Origin: Elusimicrobiaceae bacterium
GTDB taxonomy: Bacteria; Elusimicrobiota; Elusimicrobia; Elusimicrobiales; Elusimicrobiaceae
Assembly: GCA_017525025.1 (NCBI GenBank)
Contig: JAFXUJ010000009.1
Coordinates: forward strand, 51,948-115,947
Reading direction: 5' to 3'
DNA: 64,000 nt
Part shown: in pieces, positions 57,249 through 64,000 of the stretch
Numbering within the stretch: the stretch's first letter is position 1
Layout: every line of letters begins with the position of its first letter
The notes under the pieces: model-generated
The model's database searches: none
Seen by the model: the letters and a program-made list of their open reading frames with translations, nothing else
Told to the model about the DNA's origin: nothing
Position numbers and translations under genes: made by a program

Positions 57249-57890
57249 TTACATTCTTTTTACTAACGCTACTTCCATATCAAACACTTGTTGACAATGC
57301 TTTGGGAAGATATTTTCATGACGCAGTTTCTTCGCTTCCGGATTGAACATAGACCACTCCCAATCCAGTTTGGAATAATCTTTTAATTGTAACGTGTCTC
57401 CGCTTACAAACACTTCCGTAGGCCCCACAAAACGGTTGAATGTTTGTTGATAATTGTGGATAAGGGATGTGTAACTATCATCCGGTGCATTGCTCGTCAT
57501 CAGTAGCAACACGGGAATCACATTTTGATTGCAACAAATATTTTCCGTATTATAGGTTAAATTTTGAAAAATCAAACGCTCATAGAGCGCCCGAAAAGAC
57601 GCCGTTAATTCGCTCAAATAATTAGGAGAACCGATAATAAGCCCATCCGCTTCTCTAATTGCATCAAGTATAGGGGTCAATCCGTCCCGGCAAATACAGT
57701 GGCCTTTATTTTTTTCGCGCTTGCATCCAAAGCAGGAAATACATCCTGTATATTTTTCTAATCGGAATAAATCAAATTTTTCTACATTTGCCCCAGCGGA
57801 CGTGGCGCCTTTAATCGCTTCGTTTATCAGCGTATCCGTATTCCAGCCTTTTCTCGGCCCTGCATTTACCGCTACAATTTTCTTATTCAT
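57249..57890 (-). CDS. Flavodoxin-like / iron-sulfur flavoprotein (NADPH-dependent FMN reductase family)
   Basis: N.GPRKGWNT, GC..CFGCK......C...D, GSPNY. Confidence 0.88.
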   Translation of the reverse strand: MNKKIVAVNAGPRKGWNTDTLINEAIKGATSAGANVEKFDLFRLEKYTGCISCFGCKREKNKGHCICRDGLTPILDAIREADGLIIGSPNYLSELTASFRALYERLIFQNLTYNTENICCNQNVIPVLLLMTSNAPDDSYTSLIHNYQQTFNRFVGPTEVFVSGDTLQLKDYSKLDWEWSMFNPEAKKLRHENIFPKHCQQVFDMEVALVKRM

Positions 57891-57952
57891 TTCTGTTCTC
57901 CTTCGTGATCTATATTTCTATTTTAACAAATATCAGAATAAAGGATTAAAAT

Positions 57953-57989
57953 GGCTTTATAGTGTCCAAAAGTATGTAGGTTGGCATAA
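57953..57989 (+). repeat. Boundary repeat copy B (37 bp)
   Basis: GGCTTTATAGTGTCCAAAAGTATGTAGGTTGGCATAA; partial TTATAGTGTCCAA again at 58035-58047. Confidence 0.9.
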
Positions 57990-58089
57990 TAAAAGCCGCA
58001 AGGATTTTGCAGGACAACAAAGAAAAGCGTAGCGTTATAGTGTCCAAGCTGTGACTCGTAGTAGGAACCCATACTATCATCATAAAAAA

Positions 58090-58275
58090 TGATATAATAC
58101 ATATACAAAACATATGCTGAAAAATAACGCATTCCTTGTTTTGATTCCCAACTTAAAAATCTTATGGGATTGTTCCATAGGGATATGTAGTAGTTCGCGT
58201 CAGCATGATATATTAATTGATAACAATTTATGTAGTATTTGAACGAGCGGGCACCTATTTGGGTGCTCTTTTTTT
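58090..58275 (+). promoter_or_regulatory. Extended -10 promoter plus ~180-nt leader ending in a terminator-like hairpin (candidate attenuator/riboswitch)
   Basis: TGATATAAT at 58090-58098; GGGCACC/GGTGCTC stem (58249-58268) followed by 7 T just before SD GGAG and ATG 58286. Confidence 0.55.
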
Positions 58276-58285
58276 GGAGAAAAAA

Positions 58286-59992
58286 ATGAAAACATTAGTA
58301 TTAACATTTAATTTGCTTGGTGGCCTAGGGGTCTTCCTGCTCGGCATCAAAATGATGAGCGACGGGTTGCAGAAAGCCGCCGGAGACCGTTTGCGACGGA
58401 TTATTGCCCGTGCTACTACCAACCGTTTTACGGCCACGTTATCGGGCATTTTAGCCACCTCTATTATCCAGTCTTCTTCCGCCACTACCGTTATGGTCGT
58501 GGGGTTTGCCAGTGCGGGATTACTTAGTTTATCCCAATCACTCGGCGTTATCTTTGGGGCCAACATTGGTACTACTACGACGGCATGGTTGATTAGTATC
58601 CTTGGCTTTAAAGTCAACATTTCTGTATTTGCCATGCCCATGATCGGTATTGGGTTTTTCTCACAATTTATTAAAAAATGGCCCTTGGCACGCCGTATCG
58701 GTGAATCTATGGTGGGTTTCGGGTTGCTGTTCTTAGGATTATCCCTTATACAAGAATCGTTACCCGATATGCAAAACTCCTCTGCCGTCGTGGAATGGAT
58801 TGTCAAATTTCGGCCCGATACGTTACTCTCTTTATTAGGTGTAATCGGTGTAGGAACGGTACTTACGGTTCTGCTCCAATCCTCCAGCGCGGTCATGGCG
58901 GTTACGCTTACCTGCGCCGCTAAAGGCCTCATTGACTATCCTACTGCTTGTGCTCTTGTGTTGGGCGAAAATATCGGTACCACTATTACCGCCAACATTG
59001 CTGCTATCGGGGCCCCACGTATTGCTAAACGTGCCGCCTTGGGGCATGTGCTTTTCAACGTGCTCGGGGTAGTGTGGGCCATTGCGTTTTTTCATCCATT
59101 TTTAAGACTGCTTGACTGTTTTGTGCCCGGCTCTACCGAAGGCACCAGCTCCGAAGTACTTTTGACTAGCATTCCTTATCATTTAGCGGCGTTTCACACT
59201 ACGTTTAACATTATAAATACAAGTATCATGCTTATGTTTATAAAACCGTTTGAAAAACTGATTCTATTCCTCTTGCCTATCCAACGTAGCGAGCAAAACC
59301 AAACCGAACTGCGCTATTTGAAAGTGGGTGTTACCACCACGCCGGAATTATTCATTGCTGCGGCAAGTAAAGAAATAGATATCATGGCCGGGATGGCCGG
59401 TGCTATTACCTCCAAGTTGCTGCATGCGCTGAAAGCCGATTCCAACGCTTTGTTTGAAGCGGTTGTACAAGACATATACGCTCAAGAAAAAGCCAGCGAT
59501 ACATTAGAATATAAAATCACAGAGTTCTTAAAGAATTTGACACACGAACAACTTTCGCGCGATATGGTAAATGAAATCATGCGTCTGTTAGACCAAACAA
59601 CTTATTTAGAAAAAATAGCCGACCATGGAGAACGGATTGCCAAATTACTAACTAAAGCTCACGATATGAAAGCGTTTAATGCGCAAGATTATGAGCGATT
59701 GGAAACCATTGGACAACAAGTGCGTAAAATTATTAAACACATGCGTTCAACTATTTTACCTACCCTACCATTAGACAAAGCAAAAGTTTTGGAATATGCT
59801 CGCAAACAGGAAAACATATTAAACGATATGCGCCATTCTTTGCGGGAAGAAAAAACTTCTAACGATTTTACCAAGAATCAAATCTCTCCCGCGGGGCTCA
59901 CCCTTTATGTGGATATTCTAACCAGTTTTGAGAAAATGGGCGATTACGCGTTAAATGTCGTGCAATCCAACACAGACCAACCTAAACATTAA
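58286..59992 (+). CDS. Na/Pi cotransporter family protein with C-terminal PhoU-like domain
   Basis: GGLG.FL.G.K.MS.GLQ, IQSSSATTVM.VGF, GANIGTT.TA, LQSSSA, LG.NIGTT.TA, E.IADH, EKMGDYA.N. Confidence 0.92.
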   Translation: MKTLVLTFNLLGGLGVFLLGIKMMSDGLQKAAGDRLRRIIARATTNRFTATLSGILATSIIQSSSATTVMVVGFASAGLLSLSQSLGVIFGANIGTTTTAWLISILGFKVNISVFAMPMIGIGFFSQFIKKWPLARRIGESMVGFGLLFLGLSLIQESLPDMQNSSAVVEWIVKFRPDTLLSLLGVIGVGTVLTVLLQSSSAVMAVTLTCAAKGLIDYPTACALVLGENIGTTITANIAAIGAPRIAKRAALGHVLFNVLGVVWAIAFFHPFLRLLDCFVPGSTEGTSSEVLLTSIPYHLAAFHTTFNIINTSIMLMFIKPFEKLILFLLPIQRSEQNQTELRYLKVGVTTTPELFIAAASKEIDIMAGMAGAITSKLLHALKADSNALFEAVVQDIYAQEKASDTLEYKITEFLKNLTHEQLSRDMVNEIMRLLDQTTYLEKIADHGERIAKLLTKAHDMKAFNAQDYERLETIGQQVRKIIKHMRSTILPTLPLDKAKVLEYARKQENILNDMRHSLREEKTSNDFTKNQISPAGLTLYVDILTSFEKMGDYALNVVQSNTDQPKH

Positions 59993-60004
59993 CGGGTAAA
60001 CCGC

Positions 60005-60565
60005 ATGAAAAAACCGCTGGTCTTTTTTATCCAACTTTTCCTTTTGGGATGTACCGCGTCAAATAACCCTGCTGTGAACATTTCTGCGTCACCGTCGTCT
60101 GATTGGGTAGTTCAACAGGCGCGAGTCAAGGAAGATGCACCGCATAGTACAAAAATCATTACTTTTCCGCTTCTGGTAGCGCGGCATTTACCTAATTATC
60201 AAGACGTTACAGGCATAAGTGCTGTGCGGGCCCCGGTAGTACCTTATGGAATAGCTGTTATTCAAAAACCAAACACACCGGATATGTATGTTGTGTACGT
60301 AAACGAAAATAACGGTTTTCTTGAAGCGGCACGAGCCGAAAACGGGAACAAACTGCCTATCATTTCTATTGATTCGACCGTTGATGATGGCAACGCCTCC
60401 GCCACTATTCCGGGAAACGTTGCAATTCAAATTAACTTGGCCTTTTTAGAAAAGAACAGACACCGGAATCCACAAATCAAAGTTTTTGGCAAACAAGGTC
60501 CCTTTGCCATTTTCCTGCCGGATTACTATATAGACGCTATTCTCAAATACATGTACCAACGCTAA
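60005..60565 (+). CDS. Hypothetical lipoprotein
   Basis: Lipobox LLGC at residue 16; no recognisable domain. Confidence 0.65.
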   Translation: MKKPLVFFIQLFLLGCTASNNPAVNISASPSSDWVVQQARVKEDAPHSTKIITFPLLVARHLPNYQDVTGISAVRAPVVPYGIAVIQKPNTPDMYVVYVNENNGFLEAARAENGNKLPIISIDSTVDDGNASATIPGNVAIQINLAFLEKNRHRNPQIKVFGKQGPFAIFLPDYYIDAILKYMYQR

Positions 60566-60646
60566 AAAACCACGCACTTATATGGGGCTTTTTATAGTGT
60601 CGGCGCCAGGGGAATGCACTATACATCGGGTAATTTAATTTTTAAC

Positions 60647-60677
60647 TTGACTTGGAGTTTACTCCAACTGATACAAT
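60647..60677 (+). promoter_or_regulatory. MerR-type promoter/operator (copy 2)
   Basis: TTGACT - 19 bp - TACAAT with perfect dyad TTGGAGT-TT-ACTCCAA; two differences from 45113-45143. Confidence 0.88.
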
Positions 60678-60704
60678 ATAGTATCTTTTACCAAGGAGCG
60701 TATT

Positions 60705-61871
60705 ATGTTAGGAAACTTTACCTATGCCAACCCTACCAAGCTTTACTTCGGGGATGATTCCCTCAAATACTTAAATGACGAACTGTCCAAGTATGGTAAA
60801 ACCGTACAGCTTATTTACGGCGGCGGTTCCATTAAGAAAAACGGAATTTACGATGCCGTTGTGGCCATTTTAAAGGCCAACGGCAAAACGATTGTAGAAG
60901 ATAGCGGGGTAATGCCCAATCCTACTACCGAAAAATTAAAAGAAGGTATAGAAATCGCCCGCAAGCATAACGTGGATCTTCTCTTGGCGGTAGGCGGCGG
61001 CTCCTGTTGTGATTATGCCAAAGCAGTTTCCGTTTCTGTACATTGCAATGAGGACCCTTGGGAAAAATATTTTATCCGCTTTGAAGAACCCTCTTGCAAG
61101 ATACTCCCCGTCGGGTGTGTGCTGACCATGGTGGGTACAGGCTCGGAAATGAACGGCGGTTCTGTGATTACCAATCACGAAAAACACCTAAAAATTGGAC
61201 ACGTATTTGGCGAAGAAGTAATGCCCAAGTTCGCCATTTTAAACCCCAAATTTACCTTTACGCTTCCTCATAAACAAATGGTGGCCGGCATCTATGATAT
61301 TTTTAATCACATTTGCGAACAATATTTTTCTGGTACCGACGATAACACCAGCGATTATTTAGCCGAAGGCCTCATGCGTTCGGTCATTCACAGTTCTTTA
61401 ATTGCCGTTGAAAATCCACAAGATTACGAAGCACGCTCCAACATTATGTGGTGCGCTACTTGGGCCTTAAATACCTTAATTGCCAAAGGCAAGACCACGG
61501 ACTGGATGGTACACATGTTGGGCCAAGCGGTGGGCGCTTATACGGACGCCACACACGGCCTGACGTTAGCAGCGGTATCCTTGCCCTATTACCGTCATAT
61601 TATGCCCTATGGGTTAGCTAAATTTAGACGATTTGCAATCAATGTATGGGGGGTAAACAGTAACGGAAAAACGGATGAGCAAATAGCCAGTGAAGGGCTT
61701 GCCCAATTAGAAGCGTGGATGAAAAAAATCGGACTAACTTTAAAAATCAGCGAATTGGGAGTCACGCCCGAAATGATAGAAGGTATAGCTGATGCTACGC
61801 TTATTTTAAAAGGCGGTTATAAAGTGCTTGAACGCCCTGAGATTGTACAAATCTTCAAAGAGAGTTTATAG
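60705..61871 (+). CDS. Iron-containing alcohol dehydrogenase (butanol dehydrogenase/YqhD-like)
   Basis: F.Y.NPTKLYFG, YGGGSIK.NG.YD, LLAVGGGS..D.AK, GTGSEMN, HMLG..V.A..DA.HG..LA. Confidence 0.93.
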   Translation: MLGNFTYANPTKLYFGDDSLKYLNDELSKYGKTVQLIYGGGSIKKNGIYDAVVAILKANGKTIVEDSGVMPNPTTEKLKEGIEIARKHNVDLLLAVGGGSCCDYAKAVSVSVHCNEDPWEKYFIRFEEPSCKILPVGCVLTMVGTGSEMNGGSVITNHEKHLKIGHVFGEEVMPKFAILNPKFTFTLPHKQMVAGIYDIFNHICEQYFSGTDDNTSDYLAEGLMRSVIHSSLIAVENPQDYEARSNIMWCATWALNTLIAKGKTTDWMVHMLGQAVGAYTDATHGLTLAAVSLPYYRHIMPYGLAKFRRFAINVWGVNSNGKTDEQIASEGLAQLEAWMKKIGLTLKISELGVTPEMIEGIADATLILKGGYKVLERPEIVQIFKESL

Positions 61872-61880
61872 GAGCAATCC

Positions 61881-62726
61881 ATGAAAAAAGCACTTGTTTG
61901 GATACTGGGAATCAGTATGCTCACCGTCATTTCCTATGCCCAAAAAATACAGGAGAACAAACTTATGACTAACAAAAAAATTGTGCAAACCGCGGGACGC
62001 ACCCAACTGGGCGATTTCGCGCCGGAATTTGCCCACTATAATGATGATGTATTATTTGGAGAAAACTGGAATAATACGGACTTAGACCTTAAAACACGCT
62101 CCCTCTTAACGGTTATTTCACTCATGTCGCAAGGGATAACGGATTCCTCTCTTAAATATCACTTGCAAAATGCCAAAAACCACGGAGTAACAAAGGCAGA
62201 AATCGCCGCCGCCATTACCCATACGGCTTTTTATGCCGGTTGGCCCAAAGCGTGGGCTACTTTTAATTTGGCAAAAGAGGTATGGACGGATAAAGAACCT
62301 GCACTGACGGAAAAAGATAAATATCAAAAAACTATTTTCTTCCCTATCGGCAAACCAAATGATGATTATGCCAAATACTTTGTGGGGCAAAGTTATCTGG
62401 CACCGATCTCCACCAAGCAGGTTACTTTTTATAACGTAACATTTGAGCCCAAATGCCGTAATAACTGGCATATCCACCACGCTACTAAGGGGGGCGGGCA
62501 AATGCTAGTGGCCGTTGGCGGACGTGGCTATTACCAAGAATGGGGCAAAGCGCCCATAGAGATGAAACCGGGCGACGTCATCCATATCCCCGCAAACGTA
62601 AAGCACTGGCACGGAGCCGCGCCGGACAGTTGGTTTTCCCACTTGGCATTTGAGTTAGAGGGGGAAAACACATCTAACGAATGGTTGGAAGCAGTAACAG
62701 ACGAAGAATACGGCAAATTAAAATAG
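61881..62726 (+). CDS. Carboxymuconolactone decarboxylase family plus cupin fusion, with N-terminal signal peptide and second in-frame start at 61965
   Basis: QTAGR.QLG.FAPEFA.YNDDVLFGE, AFYAGWPKAW, NVTFEP.CRNNWH.H, HWHGA....FSH. Confidence 0.88.
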   Translation: MKKALVWILGISMLTVISYAQKIQENKLMTNKKIVQTAGRTQLGDFAPEFAHYNDDVLFGENWNNTDLDLKTRSLLTVISLMSQGITDSSLKYHLQNAKNHGVTKAEIAAAITHTAFYAGWPKAWATFNLAKEVWTDKEPALTEKDKYQKTIFFPIGKPNDDYAKYFVGQSYLAPISTKQVTFYNVTFEPKCRNNWHIHHATKGGGQMLVAVGGRGYYQEWGKAPIEMKPGDVIHIPANVKHWHGAAPDSWFSHLAFELEGENTSNEWLEAVTDEEYGKLK

Positions 62727-62735
62727 GAGCATAAA

Positions 62736-63308
62736 ATGAAAAAAATACTGACACTTTTACTAACTGCTTTATTTGCTACGGCCTGTAATGCCAAACCTAA
62801 GCCACAGGAGACAAAACCTATGAATACAAATAGCAAAATCGCCGTAGTGTATTTTTCTGCCACCGGCACGACCAAACGGGTCGCGCAAAATCTAGCCCAA
62901 GCCATTGGCGCGGACTTGCATGAAATTAAACCGCTTGCCCCTTACAGCAGTGCGGATTTGGATTGGACGAATAAAAGCTCCCGCAGTTCCGTGGAGATGA
63001 ACGATAAATCCTCCCGTCCGGCATTGGCGGCCGGTGATTTTTCTGTCAAAGGATATGACCAAGTGTTTCTCGGCTTTCCAATCTGGTGGGGGACGGCTCC
63101 GAGAGTGGTGCAGACCTTTTTAGAGAGTCAGGATTGTGCGAACAAAACCATTATCCTTTTTGCCACATCCGGCAGTAGCGGTATGGGAAATACAGACAAG
63201 GATTTAAAGCCGAGCGTATCCGCATCCACGAAGATTGTGAAAGGTAAAACGCTAAACGGTAACCCGTCCGTAGAAGAATTAAAAAAATGGGCAGCAACCT
63301 TTCTGTGA
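62736..63308 (+). CDS. Flavodoxin lipoprotein with second in-frame start at 62820
   Basis: Lipobox FATAC; YFSATGTT, PY..ADL.W....SRSS.EM, GFPIWWG, FATSG.SG. Confidence 0.9.
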   Translation: MKKILTLLLTALFATACNAKPKPQETKPMNTNSKIAVVYFSATGTTKRVAQNLAQAIGADLHEIKPLAPYSSADLDWTNKSSRSSVEMNDKSSRPALAAGDFSVKGYDQVFLGFPIWWGTAPRVVQTFLESQDCANKTIILFATSGSSGMGNTDKDLKPSVSASTKIVKGKTLNGNPSVEELKKWAATFL

Positions 63309-63337
63309 CACAAAAATAGTCATCAAGGGTACGTTAT

Positions 63338-63757
63338 ATGATAAAGAAACTATTATTTTTAGTAACAATGCTGATAATTTTATCGGCCTTGTTGCTTAAC
63401 ATAAACAAAACGAAGGAAAAAGATATGAATATAACCGTAAATATTTACTACACCGGAGAAAACGGTAATGCGCGTAAGTTTGTCGAAGAAATGGAACAAA
63501 GTGGTACAGCGGCGGCTATTAGAGCGGAAAAAGGGAACTTAAAATATGAATACTTTTATCCGTTCAACCATAAAGAAACCGTACTTTTGATAGACAGTTG
63601 GGAAAATCAAGCGGCCATAGATCTACATCATCAAACACCCATGATGGAAAAAATTACGGAACTGCGTAACAAATATGACCTGCATATGCGTGTTGAACGC
63701 TATATATCAAACGAGCAAGGGGTGCCCAATAAGGATAAAGCATTTATAAGATCATAA
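63338..63757 (+). CDS. Antibiotic biosynthesis monooxygenase (ABM) family protein with N-terminal anchor and second start at 63425
   Basis: NIYYTG.NG.A.KF.EEM..SG....IRAE.GNL.YEYF.P, LID.W..Q.A.D.HH. Confidence 0.85.
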   Translation: MIKKLLFLVTMLIILSALLLNINKTKEKDMNITVNIYYTGENGNARKFVEEMEQSGTAAAIRAEKGNLKYEYFYPFNHKETVLLIDSWENQAAIDLHHQTPMMEKITELRNKYDLHMRVERYISNEQGVPNKDKAFIRS

Positions 63758-63866
63758 ATCCTGACACAATATATTTATCCTAACTATACGTAAATTGAAG
63801 AAAATGCTACTTAATGATCTGTATAACGAGTTAAGAAATTCTCTTTAATAGCTAGAACTTAACCAC

Positions 63867-63896
63867 GCCTTCTACTTGTTAGGGGGCTTTTATTTT
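63867..63896 (+). terminator. Probable terminator
   Basis: GCCTTCTA / TAGGGGGC stem then TTTTATTTT. Confidence 0.6.
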
Positions 63897-63940
63897 GTCA
63901 TGAAAACTAAAATGATAAAATATAAAAAAGAAGGTTTCTC

Positions 63941-64000
63941 ATGCATAAATACACCAAAACTTACACCGTTATTTTAGATGACATGGACGTACGCAAACAC
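63941..64000 (+). CDS. 3'-partial ORF (MHKYTKTYTVILDDMDVRKH...), possibly a thioesterase
   Basis: AGAAGG before ATG 63941; Y.V..DDMD resembles hotdog thioesterase N-termini; only 20 codons visible. Confidence 0.4.
   Translation, partial: MHKYTKTYTVILDDMDVRKH

Noticed and set aside
51433-57989. 37-bp repeats as a CRISPR array
   Set aside because: Copies are 1.3-5.2 kb apart with whole genes between them, not 30-40 bp spacers; no cas genes
58105-58275. Leader as a c-di-AMP, M-box or T-box riboswitch
   Set aside because: Only short matches (GCTGAA, CGTCAGC); conserved core segments of those classes are not visible. Kept only as an unclassified candidate
63808-63866. GTTAAG...CTTAAC inverted repeat as a small RNA
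   Set aside because: Short, AT-rich and interrupted; not distinguishable from chance

Overview
A 64-kb window from an anaerobic diderm bacterium, densely coding. Gene style suggests a gut Elusimicrobiota lineage; that is an inference, as no marker gene is present. The left part (1-45 kb) is mostly housekeeping and envelope: DnaJ/CbpA, OsmC, NfeD-SPFH, two OmpA-domain lipoproteins, a combined queuosine/folate operon (queD-queE-folE-ankyrin-folP-PTPS-folK), a 1586-aa PAS/GAF protein with no output domain, pyruvate:ferredoxin oxidoreductase, CinA, two signal-peptide plus receiver-domain paralogs, cysK, a CDF transporter, RsmF, a Wzx/Wzy-LicD-TagD polysaccharide locus, a chymotrypsin-fold protease with Cys at the nucleophile position, and a VanX-type dipeptidase. 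The right part (45-64 kb) is an accessory mosaic. It holds two operons with near-identical MerR-type promoters (flavodoxins, DUF362, Fe-ADH, CMD-cupin, ABM). Between them lie modules encoding PreA, TfoX, a Vat-like acetyltransferase, a 1660-aa autotransporter-like protein with a C-terminal membrane anchor, an ester cyclase and a Na/Pi cotransporter; several module borders carry a shared ~35-bp direct repeat or related hairpins. I found no rRNA, tRNA, CRISPR array, transposase or integrase by eye. Best novelty candidates: the secreted 3C/V8-like Cys protease, three consecutive genes with dual (exported and cytoplasmic) start sites, the barrel-plus-anchor autotransporter, the boundary repeats, the exported receiver domains, the output-less PAS array, and an unannotated 22-aa membrane peptide with its own promoter and terminator. 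All family assignments come from motif recognition by eye; no database search was run.
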